Assembly (NCBI GenBank): GCA_963813155.1
Contig: CAWEYG010000002.1
Coordinates: forward strand, 32,001-96,000
Direction: 5' to 3'
Length of the DNA stretch: 64,000 nucleotides
DNA from: an uncultured Acidobacteriota bacterium
Lineage (GTDB): Bacteria; Acidobacteriota; Thermoanaerobaculia; UBA5066; DATFVB01
This document shows, piece after piece, positions 52,461-60,640 of the stretch (the stretch's first letter is position 1; the number at the start of each line of letters is the position of its first letter). Below the pieces are notes generated by a model. It made no database searches. It was not told where the DNA came from and was given only the letters and a program-made list of their open reading frames with translations. Position numbers and translations under genes: made by a program.

Positions 52461-54629
52461 ATGCTTTTGTCCCGACGCCCCGTCCTCGCGCTCTGGCTCT
52501 GTGTCGCAGGCATGCCGGTCATCTCGGCGGTTTCGTTCGCGCAAGCCGTGACGGCCCCGGCGGCGCCCGCCGCGGCAAAACATTCGTATCAGGTGCCCTC
52601 GCCGAACGGCTCGAGAGAGGACGACTATTTCTGGGTCCGAGACGACACGCGAAAGAACGCCGAGATGCTCGCCTACCTGAACGCCGAGAACGCCTACACC
52701 GACGCGGTCATGGCGCACACGAAGCCCGCGCAGGACGTGCTGTACCAAGAGCTCCTCGGCCGCATCAAGCAGGACGATTCGACGGTTCCCGTCCGCAAGA
52801 ACGGCTGGTGGTATTCCATTCGATACGAGACCGGGAAGGAGTATCCCGTCTACGTACGCCGGAAGGACTCGCCGCCGGGCTCGCCAGAGGCGCCCGTCCA
52901 GGTGATGCTCGACGGCAATGCCATGGCCGCCGGCCACGACTTCTTCCAGATCGGCGACTCCCAAGTCAGCCGCGACGGAAAGATCCTCGTCTACGGGCTC
53001 GACCTCGTCGGCCGCCGGCAATACACGATGCGCTTCAAGAACCTCGAGACGGGGCAGGACCTCCCCGACCGGATCGAGAACGTCAATCCGAATTTCGCCT
53101 GGGCCAACGACAACCGGACCGTTCTCTACGTCGAGAAAGACCCCGTCACGCTTCTCGGCGAGCGGGTGCGCAAACACGTTCTCGGGAGCGATCCGAAGAA
53201 TGACCCTCTCGTCTACGAGGAAAAGGACCACTCCTTCTACCTGGGAGTCGACAAGAGCGCCTCCGACCGCTACGTCTGGATCGACCTCAGGAGCACCGTC
53301 TCGACCGAGCATTGGATCGCCGACGCATCCGACCCCGATCTGAAGTTCCACGTTCTCGTGCCGCGTGAGCGCGATCACGAGTACGACGCCCAGGACCTCG
53401 GCGGCGACTTCATCGTGCGCACGAACTGGAAGGCCAAGAATTTCCGCATCGTACGCGTGCCGATGGACAGGGTCGCGGATCGTGAAGCCTGGCGCGACGT
53501 GATTCCGGCGCGGGACGACGCCTTCGTGCACGGCTTCGTGGCCTTGAAGGACTATCTGGCGGTCAACGAGCGCTCTGGAGGACTGCGAAAGATCAGGATC
53601 AAGCGCTGGAGCGACGGACGGGAAACGAGCCTTGCCGCCGACGAGCCCGCCTACACGGCGTCGCTCGGCGACAATCCCGAACAGGACTCCGGAACGCTTC
53701 GCTACGTGTACAGCTCGCTTTCCACCCCGCGCTCGACCTACGACGTCGATCTCGCGACGAGCTCCCGAACGCTCAGGAAGCGGGACGAGGTGCCCGGCGG
53801 ATTCGATTCGGGCAAGTACGCGACCGAATTCGTCTGGGCAACGGCGCGCGATGGAAAGAAGATCCCCATCTCGATCCTCTATCGGAAGGGATTCGTCCGG
53901 GGCGCCGGCGCTCCGCTCCTGCAGTACGGATACGGCTCGTACGGTTTTTCGACCGACCCCAGCTTCAACGTCAACGTCTTCTCGCTCGTCGACCGCGGGT
54001 TCGTTTACGCGATCGCCCACATCCGCGGCGGACAGGAGCTCGGCCGCGCCTGGTACGAGGACGGAAAGCTCCTGAACAAGAAGAACACCTTCAACGATTT
54101 CGTCGACGTGACCCGATTCCTCGTCGCTCAGGGTTATGCGGCGCCCGACAAGGTCTTCGCGATGGGAGAATCGGCCGGCGGGTTGCTGATGGGCGCGGTC
54201 GTCAACCAGTGCCCCGAGTGCTACCGCGGCGTCGTTGCGCTCGTTCCCTTCGTCGATGTCGTGACCACGATGCTCGACGAAAGCATTCCGTTGACCGCCA
54301 ATGAGTTCGACGAGTGGGGAAACCCGAAAGAGAAGAAGTATTACGACTACATGCTCTCCTACTCGCCGTACGACAATGTCGCGCGCAAAGCGTATCCCGC
54401 GATGCTCGTCTCGACCGGCCTCTGGGACAGTCAGGTTCAGTACTACGAGCCGACGAAGTGGGTAGCGAAGCTGCGCGCGATGAAGACCGATCGGCGGCCG
54501 CTCGTTTTCCACGTCAACATGGAAGCCGGTCACGGAGGGAAGTCGGGCCGGTTTCAGAGATTGCGCGAAACGGCCCTCTTCTATGCGTTCATGCTGGACC
54601 AGATCGGCATCGACGCCGCCCGGCGTTAA
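52461..54629 (+). CDS. ptrB: Oligopeptidase B (S9A), with signal peptide
   Basis: REDDYFW, YLNAEN, YGYGSYG, GESAGGLL, DSQVQYYEP.KW, AGHGG. Confidence 0.93.
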   Translation: MLLSRRPVLALWLCVAGMPVISAVSFAQAVTAPAAPAAAKHSYQVPSPNGSREDDYFWVRDDTRKNAEMLAYLNAENAYTDAVMAHTKPAQDVLYQELLGRIKQDDSTVPVRKNGWWYSIRYETGKEYPVYVRRKDSPPGSPEAPVQVMLDGNAMAAGHDFFQIGDSQVSRDGKILVYGLDLVGRRQYTMRFKNLETGQDLPDRIENVNPNFAWANDNRTVLYVEKDPVTLLGERVRKHVLGSDPKNDPLVYEEKDHSFYLGVDKSASDRYVWIDLRSTVSTEHWIADASDPDLKFHVLVPRERDHEYDAQDLGGDFIVRTNWKAKNFRIVRVPMDRVADREAWRDVIPARDDAFVHGFVALKDYLAVNERSGGLRKIRIKRWSDGRETSLAADEPAYTASLGDNPEQDSGTLRYVYSSLSTPRSTYDVDLATSSRTLRKRDEVPGGFDSGKYATEFVWATARDGKKIPISILYRKGFVRGAGAPLLQYGYGSYGFSTDPSFNVNVFSLVDRGFVYAIAHIRGGQELGRAWYEDGKLLNKKNTFNDFVDVTRFLVAQGYAAPDKVFAMGESAGGLLMGAVVNQCPECYRGVVALVPFVDVVTTMLDESIPLTANEFDEWGNPKEKKYYDYMLSYSPYDNVARKAYPAMLVSTGLWDSQVQYYEPTKWVAKLRAMKTDRRPLVFHVNMEAGHGGKSGRFQRLRETALFYAFMLDQIGIDAARR

Positions 54630-56179
54630 GTTCGAAGCGCGCGCGAGTCGAGGTACGACGCCAGGGCCGCGGGACTCGCCTCCGCCGACGCGAGGGCCAC
54701 GTACCCGTCCGGCCGCACGAGATAGAGCGCGTCCCGCCGCAGGCCAGTCTGCCGCATTTCCGGACGCCAGAAGAACACCCGGAGCGCCAGTTTCCGCGCG
54801 TCGCACGCGTCCCGGATCCCGGCCGAGGGCTCGCCGTACACGTGGACCTGCCAGTCGGTCGAATTCAACGAGGAGAAGTTGTCCTCCCCGCCGCCGCTCG
54901 GCGCGGCCACCCATGGCAGGCGATCGCCGCCCCGGATCCTTCCCGCGCGGCCCTCGCTCAGGCCGCTTCCGCGGTAGTTCACATCCGTCTGCGAGACCGC
55001 GCGGAACAAGAACCGCCGCGTCGCACGGAGACGAAAGAGCGGGGGGATCGCAAGGGGAACGAGGCGGAGTCGGACGAAACGCGCGATCGCGCCGGGGCTC
55101 GTCACCGCGGTGAAGGCGCGGTCGGTCGTCGCGACGAGTCGCCGCGCGAAAGCGATCCGTTCCGGCTCGTAGGTGTCGAGGACCGAAGCATCCGCCCGGC
55201 CGCGCACCACGGCCGCGAGCTTCCAGGCGAGGTTCACCGCGTCGCCGATGCCCGTGTTCATGCCCTGGCCGCCGACGGGGCTGTGGACGTGCGCGGCGTC
55301 ACCGGCCAGAAATGCCCGGCCCTTCCGGAAGGAGTCCGCGACCCGGTGGTGCACCCGGTACGTCGAGAACCAGTTGACCTTCCGGACCTCGACGCGCATC
55401 CGCTCGATCACGTCCTTGCTCACGTCGTCCCACGACATCTCCCGGCGTCGGAGCTCGGATTCCTCGCGAACGCTGCCGATCAGCCGCGCGCGCCCCTCTC
55501 CCTTCAACGGAAAGACGGCGAGGAAGTCGGCCGCGTCGAGAGCGACGTGCAGCTCGCCGTCCATCGGGTCTCCGCCCGCTTCCACGTCCGCGACGTAGAA
55601 GATGTGCGCGTACGTCCCGCCCGGGAAGCCGATCTTCAGGCCCTCCCGGACGGCGGAATGGGCGCCGTCGCATCCCGCGATGTAAGCGGCTTCGCAGGTC
55701 TCCGTCGAGCCGTCCGGGCGCTTCAGCCGAACGCGCACCCGCTCCGCGCTCTCCTCGAAGCCGAGAAGCTCCGTCCGGCGCTCGACGGCAACGCCCGCCT
55801 TCGCGAGGCGGTCGATCAGAAGGCGCTCGTGCTCGTCCTGCGGATACGTCAGGGCGAACGGAAACGGGCTGATGCCCGCGCCCAGCTCTCCGAACACGGC
55901 GTGCGCGACCCGCCTGCCGAAAGCCCACAGGTTCACGGCCGCGACGCGATGGCCGCCGGAGACGACCGCATCCGCGAGGCCGGCCTGGCGGTAGAGCTCC
56001 AGTGTCCGCGCCTGCACCGCGAGAGCGCGCGACGTCGTGCCCGGCTCCGCCGTTTTGTCGACGATCCGCACGCGCGCGCCCATCCGCGTCAGCCAGAGCG
56101 CCAGCACGAGCCCCGTCGGCCCGGCTCCGACGATCAAGACGTCCAGGAGTCCGGCTTCGCGATCCGAAGAGGCGTTCAT
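54626..56179 (-). CDS. FAD-dependent monooxygenase (PheA/TfdB class)
   Basis: GAGPTG, CDGAHSAVR, GDAAHVHSPVGGQGMNTGI, RPDGYV. Confidence 0.92.
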   Translation of the reverse strand: MNASSDREAGLLDVLIVGAGPTGLVLALWLTRMGARVRIVDKTAEPGTTSRALAVQARTLELYRQAGLADAVVSGGHRVAAVNLWAFGRRVAHAVFGELGAGISPFPFALTYPQDEHERLLIDRLAKAGVAVERRTELLGFEESAERVRVRLKRPDGSTETCEAAYIAGCDGAHSAVREGLKIGFPGGTYAHIFYVADVEAGGDPMDGELHVALDAADFLAVFPLKGEGRARLIGSVREESELRRREMSWDDVSKDVIERMRVEVRKVNWFSTYRVHHRVADSFRKGRAFLAGDAAHVHSPVGGQGMNTGIGDAVNLAWKLAAVVRGRADASVLDTYEPERIAFARRLVATTDRAFTAVTSPGAIARFVRLRLVPLAIPPLFRLRATRRFLFRAVSQTDVNYRGSGLSEGRAGRIRGGDRLPWVAAPSGGGEDNFSSLNSTDWQVHVYGEPSAGIRDACDARKLALRVFFWRPEMRQTGLRRDALYLVRPDGYVALASAEASPAALASYLDSRALRT

Positions 56180-56258
56180 CGTCGGGTCATTCTCTCCCGA
56201 TTCTTAAGGAAAGCGCCGCCGCGGTTCCGGCTCGCGAGCCGGACCTATAATCCCGAGC

Positions 56259-56786
56259 ATGAAGAAAAATTGTCTTTTTACGCTCTTTGCGGCAATCTTC
56301 GCGCTCGCCATTTTCCGTTCCCTCGCGGCAGCGGTCCCGTCCGAGCCGCTGAAAGTCGGCGATGCCGCTCCGAATGCCGCGTCGGTCGACCAGGACGGCA
56401 AGCCCGTCCAGCTGTCGGACCTCTACGGCGGGGGGTGGACGCTCGTCTATTTCTACCCGAAGGCGGACACGCCGGGTTGCACCGCGGAAGCGTGCAGCCT
56501 GCGCGACGCGTTCGCGGACCTCACGAAAAAGGGCGTCACCGTCGTCGGAGTCAGCGCCGACAAGCCGGCCGAGCAGAATGCGTTCAAGCAGAAGTATCAG
56601 ATCCCGTTCACTCTGCTCGCCGACTCCGACAAAAAGGTCATCGCCGCGTTCGGCGTGCCGACGACGATGGGCTTTGCGAGCCGGCAGTCGTTCCTCATCA
56701 AGGGCGGCAGGGTCGCCTGGCGCGACCTGCACGCTTCGACGAAGGAACAGGCCGCGGACATCCTGAAAGTCGTCTCGGCGCAGTAG
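56259..56786 (+). CDS. Peroxiredoxin (BCP/PrxQ) with signal peptide
   Basis: YFYPKADTPGCTAEACSLRD motif; hydrophobic N-terminus. Confidence 0.9.
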   Translation: MKKNCLFTLFAAIFALAIFRSLAAAVPSEPLKVGDAAPNAASVDQDGKPVQLSDLYGGGWTLVYFYPKADTPGCTAEACSLRDAFADLTKKGVTVVGVSADKPAEQNAFKQKYQIPFTLLADSDKKVIAAFGVPTTMGFASRQSFLIKGGRVAWRDLHASTKEQAADILKVVSAQ

Positions 56787-56804
56787 GAGTCTGAGCCTCG
56801 AGTT

Positions 56805-57377
56805 TCAGACCTGGACCAGCTCCGCTGTCTCCGCGACCGGAGCCGGCACTCCGAGAAGCTCTTCGAAAAGGGTTCGGTCGTGGACGAGAGCCTGGCGGAG
56901 ATCTTCCGTCGAGGCTTTGCCATCGCGGTTTCGAACCGCGATTTCTCTCGCGGCGCGATAATTCTGGACGACATCGGCATGGTCCACGGAAAGGTCGGCC
57001 GCTCGCTGCTCGAAGTCGCCGACGGGATAACCTCGCGCTTTCATGACTTCCTGAATGAGCGAATCGCCCTCGGAGACTGCCCCCGCGGGTTCGTCCACGA
57101 AACGCGCCTGCACGCGGACCCACGCCTGCGCGAACCGATCCCGGTCCGCCGCGGAAACCTCGCGGAGCTGCAGCTTCTCCACGCGCTTCGCTCGATCGGC
57201 CAGTCCCGCTTCGGCTCGCCTCGAGTCCCCGGCGGCCGCCACGGCGCGGTCGTACTCCGGCCCGAACTGGTCGCGAAGCTTCGCCGTGCGCTTTTTCCGC
57301 AAGAGCATCCAGCCGACAACGGCGATCGCGGCGACGACAACCGCCACGCCGATCAGAATTGTGGTTTGAGAATCCAT
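56805..57377 (-). CDS. Conserved hypothetical single-TM protein
   Basis: N-terminal TM; LRDQFGPEYDR, FVDEP, RGYP, TEDLRQA; GGAGG RBS. Confidence 0.78.
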   Translation of the reverse strand: MDSQTTILIGVAVVVAAIAVVGWMLLRKKRTAKLRDQFGPEYDRAVAAAGDSRRAEAGLADRAKRVEKLQLREVSAADRDRFAQAWVRVQARFVDEPAGAVSEGDSLIQEVMKARGYPVGDFEQRAADLSVDHADVVQNYRAAREIAVRNRDGKASTEDLRQALVHDRTLFEELLGVPAPVAETAELVQV

Positions 57378-57419
57378 CTGTAGCCTCCATGGGTCGTGAG
57401 GACGGCCCAAGACGGGGAA

Positions 57420-57435
57420 TGCAAGATTCGTTCCG
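57420..57435 (-). promoter_or_regulatory. Candidate sigma54 promoter
   Basis: Minus strand CGGAACGAATCTTGCA (GG-N10-GC) 42 nt before ATG. Confidence 0.5.
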
Positions 57436-57459
57436 AAGAACGATAGACTCCTGACGATC

Positions 57460-58200
57460 GTGAATTCCGATGTCGTCATACTCTTCGACTGCGACAACAC
57501 GCTGCTCGACAATGACCGCGTTCAAGCCGATCTGAGCGATCGCCTCGATCGCGATTTCGGAACGCCGACCCGGGACCGGTACTGGACGATCTTCGAGCAG
57601 TTGCGCGCGGAGCTGGGCTACGCGGACTACCTGAGCGCCCTGCAGCGCCTCCGGCTCGAAGAGCCCGAAGACAACCGGCTGCCGCTGATTTCTTCGTTTC
57701 TTCTCGAGTATCCGTTCGCCGACCGGTTGTATCCGCGAGCGCTCGACTCTCTGCGACATCTCGGAAGCATCGGCCGGACGGCCATTCTGACGGACGGCGA
57801 CATCGTCTTTCAGCCGCGCAAACTCCAGCGCTCGGGGTTATGGGCGGCGGTCGAGGGGCGCGTGTTGATTTATGCCCACAAGGAAAGGATGCTCGACGAC
57901 GTCGCCCGCCGCTACCCGGCCCGGCACTACGTCATGGTGGACGACAAATTGAGCATCCTGTCGGCGATGAAGAAAATCTGGACGGATCGATTGACGACCG
58001 TTTTTCCCCGACAGGGACATTACGCGCTCGATCCCAAAATCCTCGCCGCGTATCCTCCCGCAGACCTCACGATCGAGCACATCGGAGATCTCGTCGATTT
58101 CTCCCCTCGCTCGTTCGGCCTCAATGATGAGGCCGGGGCCCTGGAGACCCCGACCGTTCATTCAAGAAACCTTACTGGTGGTCGTCGTGGAGATGGATGA
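57460..58200 (+). CDS. HAD family hydrolase
   Basis: LFDCDNTL motif I, LTDGD, MVDDK. Confidence 0.85.
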   Translation: MNSDVVILFDCDNTLLDNDRVQADLSDRLDRDFGTPTRDRYWTIFEQLRAELGYADYLSALQRLRLEEPEDNRLPLISSFLLEYPFADRLYPRALDSLRHLGSIGRTAILTDGDIVFQPRKLQRSGLWAAVEGRVLIYAHKERMLDDVARRYPARHYVMVDDKLSILSAMKKIWTDRLTTVFPRQGHYALDPKILAAYPPADLTIEHIGDLVDFSPRSFGLNDEAGALETPTVHSRNLTGGRRGDG

Positions 58201-58585
58201 CGGACTTGACGCGATACTGGCTGTCGATCAACCCGACATGGCCTCCAATGGTCACATAGCGGTGGTGATGCGGCGGCGGCGGCAGAAGCGTCGTCAGCTC
58301 GCGAGGGGCGGCATGCACCTTGCGGCGAAGGTGCTTGTCGAGAACGACTCCCTCGTGGAGACGGGACTCCTCGTCCGCCGACAAGCGGTCTTCGTTCCGC
58401 AAGCCCGCCGGCGCATGATCCCGGTTCTTGCTGTACCAGTCGCGCGTCACCTGCTGGTCATGATCGTCGAACTGCGTGTGGCCGCGCTGATCGTCATGTC
58501 GTTCCTGGGCAAGAGCGACGCCGCCGGAAAGAGCGAGCAGCAACGCCGCGGCCGCTACTCCGATTGCCAATTTCTGTGTTTTCAT
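58172..58585 (-). CDS. Secreted His/Asp-rich RcnB-like small protein
   Basis: Signal peptide; LPPPPHHHRYVTIGGHVGLID RcnB-like tail. Confidence 0.65.
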   Translation of the reverse strand: MKTQKLAIGVAAAALLLALSGGVALAQERHDDQRGHTQFDDHDQQVTRDWYSKNRDHAPAGLRNEDRLSADEESRLHEGVVLDKHLRRKVHAAPRELTTLLPPPPHHHRYVTIGGHVGLIDSQYRVKSVIHLHDDHQ

Positions 58586-58696
58586 CGGAATCTCCCTGGT
58601 CTCTGAGTACCAATAGTCATTTCGCCATCAAACCAGGCCGCCCGGGATTCGAGGGTCCGCTGGTGGCGCTCTTCAACTCAACGAGAGACAAGTGGG

Positions 58697-58712
58697 AGCA
58701 AGGGCTGTGCCA
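58697..58712 (-). promoter_or_regulatory. Sigma54 -24/-12 promoter
   Basis: Minus strand TGGCACAGCCCTTGCT, near consensus. Confidence 0.75.
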
Positions 58713-58733
58713 CGGGGAGGAGGGTTCGTCGGG

Positions 58734-58766
58734 AAAAGAAAAAGGGGCGGGCTCGACGCCCGCCCC
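58734..58766 (-). terminator. Rho-independent terminator
   Basis: GGGGCGGGC-GTCGA-GCCCGCCCC followed by TTTTTCTTTT, just after the stop at 58788. Confidence 0.85.
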
Positions 58767-58787
58767 GATCCTCGAATCGTTGGTGTT

Positions 58788-59360
58788 TTAGCGACCGATT
58801 CTCACGTGGAGACGCGGCAGCGGAATGTGGATCCGCGGCACCGGAATGCGGATGTTCAGGCCGGGGCGATACGCGTAGCGCGGGTAAACCCGGGGCGCCG
58901 CGTAAGGCACGGCGTAGCCGGGCGCATACCCGTCATAGCCGTCGGCGTAGCCGTCATAGGCATACGGGTCGGCGTAGCCGTCGTAAACCGGGTACGGGGC
59001 GGCGTAACCCTCATACCCGTAATACGGGGAGGCGTACGGGACGGCGTAGCCCCGAGATCCGCGGAACTCCCGGCCTCGAAAACCCTCGCCGCGAAATCCT
59101 TCGCTGCGAAAGCCGTCCCCCCGGCGTTGGAAGCTTCCCCCGCCGCGGCGTTCGACGCCTCCGCGGAAGTCTTCCCTGCGAGAGTCTCCCCTCCGGGAGT
59201 CTCCCCCGCGGCTGCGCCAGCCGGAGTCGCGCGAGCCGGATCGGCCGTCACCGCGGCCTCCATCACGAAAATCCTGGGCTGCGGACGGACGCGCGATCGA
59301 AAGAAAAGCAGCGACCGCAGCCACCGCGAGAATGCCCTTGGTCAGGTTTGGGTACCTCAT
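58788..59360 (-). CDS. Secreted low-complexity Arg/Gly- and Tyr/Pro-rich protein
   Basis: GGAGG RBS; signal peptide; RGG/FRG repeats then YDGYAD repeats; own promoter and terminator. Confidence 0.75.
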   Translation of the reverse strand: MRYPNLTKGILAVAAVAAFLSIARPSAAQDFRDGGRGDGRSGSRDSGWRSRGGDSRRGDSRREDFRGGVERRGGGSFQRRGDGFRSEGFRGEGFRGREFRGSRGYAVPYASPYYGYEGYAAPYPVYDGYADPYAYDGYADGYDGYAPGYAVPYAAPRVYPRYAYRPGLNIRIPVPRIHIPLPRLHVRIGR

Positions 59361-59387
59361 GATTGTTTCCTCCGCCTGCAACAGATC

Positions 59388-59402
59388 GCAATCACTATGC
59401 CA
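59388..59402 (-). promoter_or_regulatory. Sigma54 -24/-12 promoter
   Basis: Minus strand TGGCATAGTGATTGC, 27 nt before ATG. Confidence 0.72.
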
Positions 59403-59491
59403 TTCCACCGTGCTGGAACCAAGGAACTTCCGGACATCGGCCCGTCCAACCTGTTCGAAATAGCGGAGAACTGTCACCCGCCGAGGGCGGT

Positions 59492-59854
59492 CTACTTCCT
59501 CAGGAGCAGCTCCAGCTCGGCGCGGACGTCCTCCATCTTCACTCCGTGGTCCGCCTGCTTCCAGAGGACCTTCCCGTCGGCTGACCGGATGACCAGGCCG
59601 TGGCTCTCGAATCCGAGCGCCTTCACGATCTTCTCGTTCTCCGGCGTCGTCGCGTCCACGTTCTGCCCGCGGACTTTCCCCTTGTACTCCTGCTCGAGCC
59701 CGCTCACGGCAGGCTTCACTTTCGCGCAGATCGGTCAGCCGGGCATGTAGTAGTACGTCACCTCGAGGGGAGTTCGCTTCTCGTGTTGTGCGGCGCCGAG
59801 AGCCGCGGAGAAAAGAACCAGGGCTGCCAGGAACAGGTTGCGTCGAGTCGTCAT
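59492..59854 (-). CDS. Secreted thioredoxin-fold selenoprotein (UxxC), 120 aa
   Basis: GGAGG RBS, signal peptide, VTYYYMPG-[TGA at 59735-59737]-PIC-AKVKPAV..LEQEYKGKV; frame continuous into the 75-aa ORF of the track. Confidence 0.82.
59697..59715 (-). promoter_or_regulatory. Candidate bacterial SECIS hairpin
   Basis: AGCCUGC-CGUGA-GCGGGCU; loop starts 26 nt after UGA, with G at loop position 2. Confidence 0.65.
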
Positions 59855-59885
59855 GAAACCTCCGTATTCGCCGAGCATACGCTCC

Positions 59886-60314
59886 TCACTCTCCCGCGGC
59901 GGCGGTTCCGCGCGCAGTTATTTCGGAAATCGCGAAGTCGGCGTCCGGGTGCAGCTCGAGGAACGGGCCGTCGATGTCCACGACGACCGGGCCGCCGAAG
60001 GAAAGCGCGGCGCCGGCTGCCATCGGATCACGCTCGCAAACATCGTGCGCGCGAGTCCCGGGCTCGATTTCGAGTCGGAGGAACCGGGGAAGCTCTGCGG
60101 AGGCGATGCCGATCCGAAACGCGTCCAGCTCCACGTCGATCGTCCAGAAGCCGTCCGTCGAGTGTTGGGCTTCTCGGACCGGACTCCCGGATCCCTCCGC
60201 CGCGCAGCCCGTGTCGGTCCAGCCGGAGATGCCGAGGAACTTGAACGGGGTCGTGAGGAACGCGATCCAGCGCGAGAACCACCCGAGGCTCTCCTGCGGC
60301 TCGCGGGACAGCAT
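59886..60314 (-). CDS. Hypothetical protein, possibly OB-fold
   Basis: MLSREPQES...STDGFWTIDV...LRLEIEP...GPVVVD...LELHP; C-terminal part of the false 744-aa ORF. Confidence 0.6.
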   Translation of the reverse strand: MLSREPQESLGWFSRWIAFLTTPFKFLGISGWTDTGCAAEGSGSPVREAQHSTDGFWTIDVELDAFRIGIASAELPRFLRLEIEPGTRAHDVCERDPMAAGAALSFGGPVVVDIDGPFLELHPDADFAISEITARGTAAAGE

Positions 60315-60420
60315 CGCGATCGTGCGATTTGCGTCGCACGACTGAGGCGCGAGGAGCGCGCGGCCGGTGCGCGCCGTGCGGCGCTTTCCGGCGTGGTACC
60401 ACAGGTGACGGGCGGTCACG

Positions 60421-60640
60421 AGGGCCTCGCTCGGCAGGCACGCGGCCCGGACCCCGGGCCAGGCGCTCGTCCGCAGGCCATGAGTGAGGCGCACGAGGAA
60501 CTTCGGTGTCAGCGGAGAGGCGAGATCTCGCGCCGAACGCTGAGGAGCGGGAGTCGATCCATCCGATCGATCGCGCCGTGCCAGCGGACGAGTGCCGAGC
60601 TCCGCGGCGGGCAGGCGCGAACGGGCCGAGCGAATCCCCT
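60421..60640. repeat. Structured MITE-like intergenic element, copy D
   Basis: Ends AGGGCCTCGCTCGGC / GGGCCGAGCGAATCCCCT resemble the termini of copy C; internal GGCGCTCGTCCGC...GCGGACGAGTGCC stem. Confidence 0.6.

Noticed and set aside
10070-60640. Many frameshifted genes (S9, ugd, M16, uvrA, BNR protein, acnA, HhH protein, DUF481, P450, collagen protein, ABC permease) as pseudogenes or programmed frameshifts
   Set aside because: Single-base indels are scattered through housekeeping genes, several in homopolymer runs, with no shared slippery motif and no in-frame stops; long-read error is the simplest explanation
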